The notes under the pieces were generated by a model that did not search any database, was not told the origin of the DNA, and was given only the letters and a program-made list of their open reading frames with translations. 64,000 nucleotides of DNA from a bacterium (lineage in GTDB: Bacteria > SAR324 > NAC60-12): the NCBI GenBank assembly GCA_965233585.1, contig CBDDTI010000746.1, forward strand, positions 416,001-480,000, given 5' to 3'. Positions 19,288 to 29,910 of the stretch are shown one piece after another. Both the position numbers and the translations under genes were made by a program. Numbering within the stretch: position 1 is the first letter of the stretch; each line of letters opens with the position of its first letter.

Positions 19288-19920
19288 CTACATTTGAAGC
19301 GAAAGCATCGTCAGACTTTGACCTTGTGAAAAAATCCAACGCAGAGGCTGCCAACCGGGAATCATAAACTCAGCCAAAATCATTGCAGCAAGTGCAAAAG
19401 TCCCCCATTTTTGATTCCAGTAAATGTAAGGGATTCTGGCAAATTTGGGCAGAATGAAAGGCAAGACAGAAGCACCATCAAGGGGACCGAGTGGAATCAT
19501 GTTAAACAAGAATAAGACAACATTGACTAAAATCAGAACAAACACAAGCGTCAAAAGAGTGTCATTGTAAAAACCTGTCATGTAAAAAACGTTGACCATG
19601 AAGAGACTCACAATGACAACTAACACGTTCATCATAGGTCCTGCCAGGGCAACGTAGAGGTATGCAAAACGACTTTGCAAATTTCTTGGCTCAACAGGCA
19701 CAGGTTTTCCATAGCCGATGCCAATCAAAATAATCATCGCCGCACCCACTATGTCCAAATGAGACAGGGGGTTGATGTTCATTCTGCCTTGGTCTTTAGC
19801 AGTAGAATCCCCGCAAAGGTAGGCTACATAAGCGTGACCAAATTCATGCACACATAGTCCAAAAATCAAAGCAAGCACTTGCAAAATGGCAACTTTGGGA
19901 TTGTCTAACAAAAATAACAT
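19288..19920 (-). CDS. Site-2 protease (peptidase M50)
   Basis: HEFGH, ALAGP, FNMIPLGPLDG. Confidence 0.93.
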   Translation of the reverse strand: MLFLLDNPKVAILQVLALIFGLCVHEFGHAYVAYLCGDSTAKDQGRMNINPLSHLDIVGAAMIILIGIGYGKPVPVEPRNLQSRFAYLYVALAGPMMNVLVVIVSLFMVNVFYMTGFYNDTLLTLVFVLILVNVVLFLFNMIPLGPLDGASVLPFILPKFARIPYIYWNQKWGTFALAAMILAEFMIPGWQPLRWIFSQGQSLTMLSLQM

Positions 19921-19926
19921 AAGCGA

Positions 19927-21201
19927 CTACCAAATCCTTTCTATATTAATGGTTTCTTCCCTTTTAGACCCCAAAGACAGAATCGCAATCGGCACGCCAA
20001 TCAATTCTTCTATCCTCCTCATGTATTGCAATGCTTCTTCGGGCAGTGTTTCTATGGAGGTACATTTTGTAATGGAACAATTCCAGCCTGCCATCTCTTC
20101 ATAGACAGGTTCTAGGTCTTCAAATTGGGAAAAAGGAGCTTCTTCGTGAATGACACCTTGTGGGTCTCGGTAATGTGTGGCAATTTTAAGAGTATCTAAA
20201 AAACCTAACACGTCAATTTTTGTCAAAACAATCTGGTCAATGCCATTCAACCTGACAGCCTGTTTGACCAACGCCGCATCAAACCAACCGCAACGTCTTG
20301 GACGCCCTGTTGTTGCACCAAATTCTTGACCCTGTTCACGCAATGTTTCTCCTATTTCGCCATGCAGTTCAGAAGGGAAGGGACCATCACCAACTCTTGT
20401 CGTATAGGCTTTGACAATCCCAACCGTTTTAGACAAGACTTTCGCACCAACTCCTGAACCCACAGACGCATAGCCTGCTAAAGCATTTGATGAAGTGACG
20501 AAAGGATATGTTCCATAATCTATGTCAAGGAACGTCCCTTGCGCACCTTCAAATAAAATGTTCCCTCCTGCTTCTGCAATGCTTTGAACTAACAAAGAGC
20601 TATCAGCTATCAAAGGCTCAACCTCTTCAAAATAAAGACGATATTCCTCAAAAATCTCTTGAGGAGAAAACTCTTGGTCTGCCCCTAGATATTTGAGAAT
20701 GGCATTTTTGTAAGGGACAATGATTTCTAAGGTCTTTTTAAATTTTTGTGGATTTTTGAGGTCAATCAAACGGATCCCATGCCTTGCAAATTTGTCTGAA
20801 TAGACGGGCCCAATACCGTTTTTGGTTGTTCCTATCTTTTGACTGCCAGCTTCAAATGCCTGATCCATCGCATGATGATATGGCATGATGATATGGCACA
20901 GACCACTGACTTTCAGCAACTTTCGCACATCAAGACCATGACCTTCAAACTCACGAACTTCTTTTAATAACGCCTTGAGATTCAGAACAACTCCATTGCC
21001 AATCAAACAAATTTTCTCATGTAAGATTCCAGAGGGAATCAAGTGTAAAATGCGGGTTTCCTTGCCAAATTTGACAGTATGCCCTGCATTATTCCCACCC
21101 TGATAACGCACCACCAGTTCTGCATCTTTGGTGAGAAAATCTACAATCTTCCCTTTCCCTTCGTCGCCCCATTGAGCGCCAACCACTACAACACCTGCCA
21201 T
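19927..21201 (-). CDS. purA: Adenylosuccinate synthetase
   Basis: GAQWGDEGKGK, GGNNAGHT, GTYPFVTSS, TTGRPRRCGWFD. Confidence 0.98.
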   Translation of the reverse strand: MAGVVVVGAQWGDEGKGKIVDFLTKDAELVVRYQGGNNAGHTVKFGKETRILHLIPSGILHEKICLIGNGVVLNLKALLKEVREFEGHGLDVRKLLKVSGLCHIIMPYHHAMDQAFEAGSQKIGTTKNGIGPVYSDKFARHGIRLIDLKNPQKFKKTLEIIVPYKNAILKYLGADQEFSPQEIFEEYRLYFEEVEPLIADSSLLVQSIAEAGGNILFEGAQGTFLDIDYGTYPFVTSSNALAGYASVGSGVGAKVLSKTVGIVKAYTTRVGDGPFPSELHGEIGETLREQGQEFGATTGRPRRCGWFDAALVKQAVRLNGIDQIVLTKIDVLGFLDTLKIATHYRDPQGVIHEEAPFSQFEDLEPVYEEMAGWNCSITKCTSIETLPEEALQYMRRIEELIGVPIAILSLGSKREETINIERIW

Positions 21202-21372
21202 AAAATTAATAGTATAAAGTTCATCACTTGCAGTGCTAAAATGACCTTGAAACCTAAACAGGTGACGATGTGAAAACCTATTTTGTGATTTAGCAGTAGC
21301 ATTTGTAGCACAAAACTCCAATTCTAACATATTCACCTCAAAGAAACAGACCCAAATTACTTTTAAATTTTT

Positions 21373-21858
21373 ATGACAACAAGGTTGTTGTTTGTCTGTC
21401 TTGGCAACATCTGTCGCTCTCCTGCTGCAGAAGGAATCATGCAGACGCTTGTCAAAAAGAATGGATTGGAATCAGAAATCAAATGCGATTCGGCAGGCAC
21501 TTATGGTCATGTAGGAAGTCCCCCAGATGCGAGAATGCAACAGCATGCACAAAAGAGAGGCTACGTTTTAAACTCACAAGGCAGAAGATTTGACCCCAAA
21601 CGAGATTTTGAAGCATTTGACCTCATTTTAACAATGGACGAAGGAAACTTGAGAGACATCAGACAAATGGACTATCTGGGAGTCTATCAAGATAAAATTC
21701 AACGTATGTGTCATTTCTGCTTGGTGCATTCTTGTTTGGAAGTACCAGACCCCTACTATGGAGGAGCGAAAGGGTTTGAGAACGTCTTAGACCTATTGGA
21801 AGATGCGGCACAAGGGTTGTTAGAGCAACTCAGAAAAAACGGAGTGGCTTCTCAATGA
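21373..21858 (+). CDS. Low-molecular-weight protein-tyrosine phosphatase
   Basis: FVCLGNICRSP P-loop and VPDPYYGG. Confidence 0.95.
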   Translation: MTTRLLFVCLGNICRSPAAEGIMQTLVKKNGLESEIKCDSAGTYGHVGSPPDARMQQHAQKRGYVLNSQGRRFDPKRDFEAFDLILTMDEGNLRDIRQMDYLGVYQDKIQRMCHFCLVHSCLEVPDPYYGGAKGFENVLDLLEDAAQGLLEQLRKNGVASQ

Positions 21859-21966
21859 AACCTCAAAATGAGGTCAAAAACTATAACGATTTGAAAATTA
21901 AAAACTTTTCTTTTTAGCAATCTATTGTGATAATTAACGCTATTTGAAATTTTGACTTAAAAAACT

Positions 21967-22557
21967 ATGGCAGAATTAAAAGTTAAAACGGTAGACCGAA
22001 CTGATGGTTTCAAGGAGTCTTTGTATTTACCTGCAATTTGGAGCGGGTTGAAATTGACTGTCTCCCATCTGTTTTCTAATTTTTTTGGCAGTCGTCAAAC
22101 GGTTACCTATCAATACCCTGAACAACAAAGACCTGTCTCTAAAAGGTGGCGTGGCAGACATCGGCTGACTCGCAAAGATGATGGCTTTTTAAATTGCACT
22201 GCTTGTTATATGTGCGAGACCGTTTGCCCTGCACAATGTATCCACATAGAAGCAGGAGACCACCCCGATTTGTCCATTGAAAAGTATCCTGTCGTTTTTG
22301 ACATTGATGAACTCCGTTGCGTTTTTTGTGGACTGTGCGTGGAAGTTTGCCCCAAAGAAGCAATTCGCATGGACACAGGCATTGTTGCCATGTCTTATTC
22401 TTCACGAAACCGCTTTGAATTTACAAGAGATTTGCTTAAAGACTCATATAGACCTAATAAAGATACTAAATACTTGGATATTCCTAGCCCTAAAAACGTT
22501 GATGAAGCCTTGCCTAATTCTCGTGGCATTCCTGCAACTCACCAACCTCATGCTTGA
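21967..22557 (+). CDS. nuoI: NADH-quinone oxidoreductase subunit I (2x[4Fe-4S])
   Basis: TYQYPE, RGRHRL, CTACYMCETVCP, CVFCGLCVEVCP. Confidence 0.88.
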   Translation: MAELKVKTVDRTDGFKESLYLPAIWSGLKLTVSHLFSNFFGSRQTVTYQYPEQQRPVSKRWRGRHRLTRKDDGFLNCTACYMCETVCPAQCIHIEAGDHPDLSIEKYPVVFDIDELRCVFCGLCVEVCPKEAIRMDTGIVAMSYSSRNRFEFTRDLLKDSYRPNKDTKYLDIPSPKNVDEALPNSRGIPATHQPHA

Positions 22558-24141
22558 ATGTCAGACAAACTAACCCCAGAAGAGTTGCAGAAACTCCAAC
22601 CTTTTGTCTCTAACCTTGATGGCAACATCTTTGTTTTAAGAAACCTTCCTGAGGTCGTCAAGGGTGCTTTGTTTTCAAGATATTCTAGGAGTTCATTGGG
22701 CGTTAGAAAACTCTTGGTTCAAGAATTTTTACCACAAGTGAATCAGGTTTTAGATGGAGAGTCTGAAGAATTAGCCAAGCAAGCTGTAGAATTTTATGAC
22801 CGAGTGCTAGATGGATATGGTGATGATTCTATTGGCGAGCTAGGGGGTGCGCATTTGGCTTTGGAAAATATTTCTATCTTGGCAACAAAAGTCATTCAAG
22901 ATGCACGAATTGGCGGTTCTCCGCTGGAAAAATCAACGCGTTATGTGAACTTTGCCAAACAAATCAACGGAGACTTTCCATTCTATAAACCTTGCAAAAT
23001 CCTACAATCAGATTTGCAAGCTCAATATCTCAAAGTGTGTCGTTTGCTTTTTGAGACCTATCAAGAACTTTTTCAGCAACTTTTTGCAAAACTCTGTCAG
23101 TATCCCTCCAAGCAAGACTTTGGTCAAAACTCTGTCAAAGCACTAGAGCGAGCGGCAAGAGCAAAGACGTATGACCTTGTCCGTGGACTGCTACCTGCGG
23201 CAACTTTAACCAACATGGGTGTTTTTGGAAACGGACGTTTTTTTGAAACGCTTTTGATGAAGATGCAATGTTCCAAACTGCAAGAAGTTCAAGGCATTGC
23301 TCAAACCTCTTTTTTGGAGTTAAACAAAACCATTCCCTCTTTTGTCAGACGTGCGGACGGCTCGCATCGCCATTTTGTTAGCTTTCAAAACTTCCACGAA
23401 GCATCTCAAAGCCTCCTACAAAAGTTTGCAGAACGTCAAGGTGTTGTGAAAGCTATTGTTTCCGAACCTCAAAATGATGTGAAATTGATTGATTACGATG
23501 CCAATGCAGAGGAAAAGATCATCGCTACTCTACTTTTTCCAAAATCTCACAGAAGTTTTCATCAGGTTTTGGAGGTTGCAAAGTCTTTGTCTGAACAAGA
23601 GCGGATTAAGCTGATTGAGGAACTGAAGGAGGCTAGGCAGGATCGCCGTCATAAGCTCCCCAGAGCTTTGGAGATGGCAACGTACACTTTTGAGATTGTG
23701 GCAGATTATGGTGCATACCGTGACCTCCATCGGCATAGAACGCTGACACAAGAGAGGCAACTCTTGTCAACACATCTTGGCTTTGAGACTCCCAGTGAGT
23801 TGACCGAGCCAGATGTCGTCAATCAGTATTCTGATGCCATGCAGTTTGCAGGAGAAGTGGCTACTCAAATTGCAAAAGAACTTCCCGAAGAATCGCAATA
23901 TGTGGTCCCTTTGGGGTATCGGATTCGTTGGGTGATGCAGGTCAATTTGCGTGCATTGTGTTGGTTGATTGAGTTACGTTCTCAACCTCAGGGGCATACA
24001 AGCTACCGCTTCATTGCTGCTGAAATGTACAGGCAAGTTGCAAAGGCGCAACCCAACCTTGCAACATTCATCAAGTTTGTTGACTTAAACGAATACGAAC
24101 TTGGTAGAATGTCTGCAGAAGCTAAACAACATCCTCTTTGA
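22558..24141 (+). CDS. thyX: FAD-dependent thymidylate synthase, long tandem-domain (Chlamydia-like) type
   Basis: GALFSRYSRS, YGDDSIGELGG, EKSTRY, RDLHRHR, IELRSQPQGH. Confidence 0.88.
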   Translation: MSDKLTPEELQKLQPFVSNLDGNIFVLRNLPEVVKGALFSRYSRSSLGVRKLLVQEFLPQVNQVLDGESEELAKQAVEFYDRVLDGYGDDSIGELGGAHLALENISILATKVIQDARIGGSPLEKSTRYVNFAKQINGDFPFYKPCKILQSDLQAQYLKVCRLLFETYQELFQQLFAKLCQYPSKQDFGQNSVKALERAARAKTYDLVRGLLPAATLTNMGVFGNGRFFETLLMKMQCSKLQEVQGIAQTSFLELNKTIPSFVRRADGSHRHFVSFQNFHEASQSLLQKFAERQGVVKAIVSEPQNDVKLIDYDANAEEKIIATLLFPKSHRSFHQVLEVAKSLSEQERIKLIEELKEARQDRRHKLPRALEMATYTFEIVADYGAYRDLHRHRTLTQERQLLSTHLGFETPSELTEPDVVNQYSDAMQFAGEVATQIAKELPEESQYVVPLGYRIRWVMQVNLRALCWLIELRSQPQGHTSYRFIAAEMYRQVAKAQPNLATFIKFVDLNEYELGRMSAEAKQHPL

Positions 24142-24229
24142 CAAAAGTTATGAAGTCATTCAATTTTTTGGTAGAGAGGACATAACAATTTTTATTTTCT
24201 GATGTTTTATATTTTATTGAAGGAGAACC

Positions 24230-25240
24230 ATGCAAGAATCTAACAACAAGGACAATCAACCTAAATGGTTGAAAGAAATCTTTTCAGTCAAAGGTCTTTT
24301 AGTGGGAGTCATTCTGTTGATGGGCTATTGGATTTTTTTTGACAATTCTAAGGAGACGACAGATTTTTCAAATCTGGTAGGAGTTGGGCAAGCCATCAAT
24401 TCTGAAACTGCCAAACAGCTGAATGTGGACTTGTCCCAATATTTAGACCCCCAAATTGTGCCTGCCATTGTGGAGGAATCTTTGAAAAACGTCGCTCAAT
24501 CAGGGGCAACAGAAGACGCCTTTGTGCAAGGTTTTGTCAATGAAGTCTCTGCACGCCTGCAAAGTGTCAGCACCATAGATTTAAATGCTGACGGCATAGC
24601 AGACCCATTGCTTGTGATTCCAAAACAGGTGGCAGAAGGAGGAGAACACATGACGTTGTCTATTCGTGTGCCAGATTTTTCAGAAGTCAAGACGCTACCT
24701 GAAGGCACAGACCAACAGGCATGGCAAGACATTGCTGACAACAAATCGCTGGAAATTATGACAGCCTCTGCAGTGAAGTCTCAAGCAGACCAAATGACTG
24801 TGCAAGCTGCTGCCAATCCACAAACCTATCCTTCGCACCCACCTTATTATTCCAGTAGCTTTGGGTCAGTTTTTATGACAGCCATGATGGTCAACTGGAT
24901 GATGACCCCACGTGTCTATCCTATGTATGGGGGCTACGGCGCACCTCCGCGTCAAGTCTCTGACGTTCAAAGAAACCGAGCCTCAAACTCCTCCCAATAC
25001 AACCGTTCTACTGGGACAAGCAATGCGGCAAGAACAGCATCAGGACAATCTATTGCCTCTAATAAATTCTCCAAAATCAAACCAACTGCGATGAATCAAG
25101 TGAGGTCATCAGAATTTAGAAAACGTTCTCAATCTTCTGTCCGTTCAGGGGGTTTTGGTCGCTCTGTGCAAAAACCTCAAGTTCGTCAAAGCAGACGTTC
25201 TACCGCACCAAGAAGAAGTTTTGGACGCAGAAGACGTTGA
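24230..25240 (+). CDS. Hypothetical membrane-anchored protein with DxNxDG motif and Ser/Arg-rich basic tail
   Basis: RBS GAAGGAG; N-terminal TM; IDLNADGIAD; ends RSGGFGRS…RRSFGRRRR. Confidence 0.75.
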   Translation: MQESNNKDNQPKWLKEIFSVKGLLVGVILLMGYWIFFDNSKETTDFSNLVGVGQAINSETAKQLNVDLSQYLDPQIVPAIVEESLKNVAQSGATEDAFVQGFVNEVSARLQSVSTIDLNADGIADPLLVIPKQVAEGGEHMTLSIRVPDFSEVKTLPEGTDQQAWQDIADNKSLEIMTASAVKSQADQMTVQAAANPQTYPSHPPYYSSSFGSVFMTAMMVNWMMTPRVYPMYGGYGAPPRQVSDVQRNRASNSSQYNRSTGTSNAARTASGQSIASNKFSKIKPTAMNQVRSSEFRKRSQSSVRSGGFGRSVQKPQVRQSRRSTAPRRSFGRRRR

Positions 25241-25262
25241 GCTTTCAAAAAGACTCACAAGA

Positions 25263-25302
25263 CTTCCAAGACCTGTCCCTTTCTCAAGACTGGTCTTGGA
25301 AG
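25263..25302 (+). terminator. Hairpin (11-bp perfect stem) downstream of the 24230 gene; possible terminator
   Basis: CTTCCAAGACC…GGTCTTGGAAG; large loop and no strong U-tract. Confidence 0.35.
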
Positions 25303-25448
25303 CCCTACTTCCCTCTTGTCTCAATGATGTCAACTTCTTTTCCTAAGGCAGTCAAGTTTCTGATGAGATTAACAAATGACAGGAGGGACTGCAGTCTCTT
25401 TTGATGAGAACAATTCTAGCCAAAGCTCCAAGGGTTTAATACCAAACC

Positions 25449-27548
25449 ATGAAACTAAATTATTATTTTTTCTCAATCCTTTTTCTGACAGATTTAGTTT
25501 TGAATGGACTCAGCTCAGCTTTGGGTGAAAGGCTATTGTTGCGTGAAGAAAAAAAATACACGGTTCAAACACAGCATTTGAAATTTTTGAAAGACCCCAG
25601 CCACGAACTCAGCATCATTGATATTTTGCAGAGGTCAGAAGAGTTCCAAGATGCTCTTTCTGTACCTTTAAACTTTGGCATGAGCCAGTCCACTTATTGG
25701 CTGAAAATAGACCTTAGTAATCTGGTGGGAGGCATGGAAGAAGTCAAATGGGCTTTGGTGCTTCAAAACCCTTTTTTGAAGGAGGCATCAGTTTTCTTAG
25801 AGAACGGAGAACAACTGTGGGGTTCAGGTGATTTGATCAAATTCCGCGGGGTGGACCGTAAGCTCGTTGACTACCGTTTCCCCTCAGTCGTTTTAGACCT
25901 TAAATTAGCTGAAGAAACGACAGCTTATGTCCAGATCCAAACAGACCTTGAGGCTTATTACCCTGTCTATTTAATCCCTCATCATCAGCTGACGACTCTT
26001 TCACGCAACGAAAGCAGCATCTTTGGTATCACCATAGGTGCCGCTGTTTTAGTGGTGGTCTCCTCACTTTTTTTGTTCTTCTCCACTAAAAAACCTGCGT
26101 TTTTGTGCATGATTTTATATTCAGCAATGATCCCCGCAACGAGTTACACGCAAGTGGGATATGTGCAATTCTTTTTACCAAATTCTTGGTATGGGGAGGG
26201 TGATGTGTTGTTTACTTTGATGGTCGCTTTGGTTGTGCCAGTTTTTTGCCTGTTTATCATTGTTTTTCTAGAGCTACCAGAGAATTACCCTAAACTGAAT
26301 CGTTTGTTCAAAGGTTGCAGCATCTTTTCTTTGATGTGTGGTTTCATTCCGTTTGTTGATGTGCAGATTTCAATGATCATAGGGATTATGCTTTCAATTG
26401 TGATGGTGATAGGCGTGGTCATTACTTGTGTTCATGTTTACAGGTCTCACGCTCCAAATCGTAAGGAGGCAATCCGTTATCTGATTACTTGGTGTCCTAT
26501 CGTTGCAGCAATTCTTACTAAAATTACAGTGACTTTAGGGATTCCTGTACCGGGGGTCATTTTAGAAAACAGCATGTCTTTTGGAATCTTGGGACATGTG
26601 TATTTGGTGATGTTCCTGCTTTTGATCTGTGTCAAAGCGATTGAGCAAGATAGAATCAGGGCAAACGAAGAAGTGGCTACACTCTTAGATGCCTTCAAAG
26701 TCTTTGTCCCTGCAAAAGTTTTAGATAAGACAGGACACGGTGCGACTTCTGCCAACATCAACCAATCTTACGAGGAGTTCATCACTTTGTTTTTTGCTGA
26801 CATGCGGGGATTTACCAAAATTTCAGAATCCATGACACCGGGAAGTTTAATGAGGTTTCTTAACCTTTACTTTGAAAGGTTTCACAGAGTCACTGCCAAA
26901 CATGGAGGAGTGATTGACAAATACATTGGGGACGCCGCGATGGTGATTTACAGCCTACACAATGCACTACCTTCTGAGTCTGCCAGTGCTGCCTTAGCAT
27001 CTGCTGTGGGATTGCAAGACAAGCTACAATGTTACTCAAAAAAATGGGGGGCAAAGCATATTCCCCAAATGGGTGTTGGCATTCACAGCGGTCAAGTCAT
27101 CATGGGAACAGTTGGCTCAAAAAATAGAAAAGACTTCACAGTCATTGGGGACGCTGTCAATGTTGCCGCAAGGCTAGAATCCCTAACCAAATACTATGGT
27201 GTCAAAATGTTACTCACTGACACAACTTACGAACTTTTGAACGACAAAAATTATATTCGTTTTGTAGATCACATTGCTGTTTACGGAAAAACAGAACCGA
27301 CAAAGATTTATCAAAGACTCATTTATGAAGAAATTGGAGAGTTTGAAAAGATTCAAATACTCTACCAAGAAGCCATAAATGACTACTACCAACGAAATTT
27401 CAAGGAGGCTCTGGAGTCCTTCCAAAACATGCAACAGCTCTCGCCAAATGACCAAGTCTTGAACGTCTTCATTCAAAGATGCCAACACTTCCTCCAATCA
27501 CCACCCAAAGCAGATTGGGATGGGGTGTTCTACCTAAACTCTAAGTAA
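25449..27548 (+). CDS. 7TMR-DISM sensor class III adenylate cyclase, copy 1
   Basis: DISMED2-like N-terminus (LNFG…TYWLK), about 7 TM segments, FFADMRGFT, IDKYIGDA, DFTVIGDAVNVAARLE, WDGVF. Confidence 0.9.
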   Translation: MKLNYYFFSILFLTDLVLNGLSSALGERLLLREEKKYTVQTQHLKFLKDPSHELSIIDILQRSEEFQDALSVPLNFGMSQSTYWLKIDLSNLVGGMEEVKWALVLQNPFLKEASVFLENGEQLWGSGDLIKFRGVDRKLVDYRFPSVVLDLKLAEETTAYVQIQTDLEAYYPVYLIPHHQLTTLSRNESSIFGITIGAAVLVVVSSLFLFFSTKKPAFLCMILYSAMIPATSYTQVGYVQFFLPNSWYGEGDVLFTLMVALVVPVFCLFIIVFLELPENYPKLNRLFKGCSIFSLMCGFIPFVDVQISMIIGIMLSIVMVIGVVITCVHVYRSHAPNRKEAIRYLITWCPIVAAILTKITVTLGIPVPGVILENSMSFGILGHVYLVMFLLLICVKAIEQDRIRANEEVATLLDAFKVFVPAKVLDKTGHGATSANINQSYEEFITLFFADMRGFTKISESMTPGSLMRFLNLYFERFHRVTAKHGGVIDKYIGDAAMVIYSLHNALPSESASAALASAVGLQDKLQCYSKKWGAKHIPQMGVGIHSGQVIMGTVGSKNRKDFTVIGDAVNVAARLESLTKYYGVKMLLTDTTYELLNDKNYIRFVDHIAVYGKTEPTKIYQRLIYEEIGEFEKIQILYQEAINDYYQRNFKEALESFQNMQQLSPNDQVLNVFIQRCQHFLQSPPKADWDGVFYLNSK

Positions 27549-27816
27549 TTTCTTCATCAGTTGCCCAACGTTGCAAAAGAGAGTCTTCTGATTCTTGATT
27601 GAAAGGTTTGGTCACAGAAGACATTGAGCTTTCAAAAAGACTCACAAGAGTTCAAAGGCTCATCTTTAAATCCACTTCTCTTTTGATCTGAGTCATGGTA
27701 AGCTCCCTATCCAAGACCATGAGATTTCTGATGAGGTCAACAAATTGCAGGGACACCAGAAATCTGTTTTGGTAGGAAAAGCTGTACTCAAAATTCAAAA
27801 GATTGAACACGAAACA

Positions 27817-29910
27817 ATGAAACTCAATTCTTATCTTTTCTCAATTCTTTTTCTGGCAATTTTACTTTTGAATGGATTCGGCTTGGCTTTTGGCGAGACG
27901 TTGTTGCTGCTAGAAGAAGCAAAATATCCAATCCAACAACAGTATTTAAAATTTTTGGAAGACCCCACCAACCAGCTCAGTATCATAGATGTTTTGCAGA
28001 GGTCAGAGGATTTTCAAGATGCTCCTTCTGTACCTTTAAACTTTGGCACGAGTCAGTCCACTTATTGGTTAAAAATAGACCTCAGTTTGGTAGGAGTCTC
28101 TGAAGAAATCCAATGGGCTTTAGTAGTTCAAAACCCTTTTTTGAAAAAGGCATCAGTTCACTTGGAACAAGGAGTACAACTATGGAGTTCAGAGGATTTG
28201 GTCAAGTTTCGTGGCTTGAGCCATCGTCTCCCCAACTACCGCTTCCCTGCCACCATTTTAAACCTCAAATTCTTTGCAACAACGACAGTTTATATCCAGC
28301 TTCAATCACAACTTGAGGCTTATTATCCTGTCCATTTAATCCCTCATCATCAGCTGATGAACCTTTCACGCACCGAAAACACCATCTTTGGTATCACCAT
28401 AGGTGCTATTTTTCTGGTGATGTTTTGCTCACTTTTTTTGTTCTTTTCCACTAAGAAACCTGCGTTTTTGTGCATGGTTTTATATTCAGCTCTGCTCCCC
28501 ACAGCAAGCTACATGCAAGTGGGATATGTGCAATTCTTCTTACCAAATTCTTGGTATGGGAGGGGTGATGAATTGTTTGCTTTTACAGTCTTTCTGGCTA
28601 TATCAGGCGTTTGCCTGTTTACAATCTTCTTTCTGGAGTTACCAAAGTGGTCTCCCAAGCTGACATCTGTGTTTAAAAGTAGTGTCATCTTTTCTTTAGC
28701 ATTTAGTACTGTTCCATTTTTTAATGTGCAGTTTTCTGTATTTTTGGGAATTTTTGGAGTAGTGATGATGTTGATACAGGTTGTGACTGCTTGTCTTCAT
28801 ACTTACACAAAAGTCCCAAATCGTCAGGAAGTCATCGGTTATTTACTCACTTGGTGTCCTATCGTGATAGCAATTCTTGTTAAAATTGCAGTGGCTGCAG
28901 GAGCCTTTGTGCCAGAGATTTTTGTAGAAAACAGTATGTCTCTTGGAGTCGTAGTTCATGTGTATTTGGTGATGTCCCTGCTTTTGATGCGTGTCAGAGC
29001 TATGGAGAAGGACAGAATCCGAGCAAATGAAGAAGTCGCTACACTGCTAGATGCCTTCAAGGTCTTTGTCCCTGCAAAAGTTTTGAACACTGCACAACAC
29101 AGCTCTACCACTACCAACCTTCATCAATCTTACGAGGAGTTCATCACCTTATTCTTTGCTGACATGCGGGGATTTTCCAGAATTTCAGAGTCCATGGCTC
29201 CGGGCGTTTTGATGAAGTTTCTCAATCTTTACTTTGAAAGATTTCACAGAGTCACTGCCAAACATGGAGGAGTGATTGACAAATACATTGGGGACGCCGC
29301 GATGGTGATTTTCTCACACAATGCACGACCTGCAGAGTCTGCCAGTGCTGCCTTAGCATCTGCTGTGGGATTGCAAGACAAGCTCCAACGTTACCAAGCA
29401 AAATGGGGAACGAACTACCTGATTCCTCAAATGGGCGTTGGCATTCACAGCGGTCAAGTCATCATGGGAACAATCGGCTCAAAAAATAGAAAAGATTTCA
29501 CAGTCATTGGGGATTCTGTCAATGTTGCCGCAAGGCTAGAATCCCTAACCAAATACTATGGTGTCAAAGTGTTACTCACTGAAACCACTTACCGACTTTT
29601 GAATGACAAAAACTACCTTCGTTTTGTAGATCACATTGCTGTTTATGGAAAAACTGAGCCAACAAAGATTTATCAACGACTCATTTATCAAGAAATAGAT
29701 GAGTTTGAAAAAATCCAAATGCTCTACCAAGAAGCAATAGATACCTACTATCAACAAAACTTCAAAGCTGCTTTGGAGTCCTTCCAAAATATGCAACAGC
29801 TCTCACCAAATGACCAAGTCTTGAATGTCTTCATTCAAAGATGCCAACACTTCCTCCAATCGCCACCCAAAGCAGATTGGGACGGGGTGTTCTATCTAAA
29901 CTCTAAATAG
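27817..29910 (+). CDS. 7TMR-DISM sensor class III adenylate cyclase, copy 2
   Basis: Same architecture; start placed at the MKLN shared by all copies. Confidence 0.9.
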   Translation: MKLNSYLFSILFLAILLLNGFGLAFGETLLLLEEAKYPIQQQYLKFLEDPTNQLSIIDVLQRSEDFQDAPSVPLNFGTSQSTYWLKIDLSLVGVSEEIQWALVVQNPFLKKASVHLEQGVQLWSSEDLVKFRGLSHRLPNYRFPATILNLKFFATTTVYIQLQSQLEAYYPVHLIPHHQLMNLSRTENTIFGITIGAIFLVMFCSLFLFFSTKKPAFLCMVLYSALLPTASYMQVGYVQFFLPNSWYGRGDELFAFTVFLAISGVCLFTIFFLELPKWSPKLTSVFKSSVIFSLAFSTVPFFNVQFSVFLGIFGVVMMLIQVVTACLHTYTKVPNRQEVIGYLLTWCPIVIAILVKIAVAAGAFVPEIFVENSMSLGVVVHVYLVMSLLLMRVRAMEKDRIRANEEVATLLDAFKVFVPAKVLNTAQHSSTTTNLHQSYEEFITLFFADMRGFSRISESMAPGVLMKFLNLYFERFHRVTAKHGGVIDKYIGDAAMVIFSHNARPAESASAALASAVGLQDKLQRYQAKWGTNYLIPQMGVGIHSGQVIMGTIGSKNRKDFTVIGDSVNVAARLESLTKYYGVKVLLTETTYRLLNDKNYLRFVDHIAVYGKTEPTKIYQRLIYQEIDEFEKIQMLYQEAIDTYYQQNFKAALESFQNMQQLSPNDQVLNVFIQRCQHFLQSPPKADWDGVFYLNSK

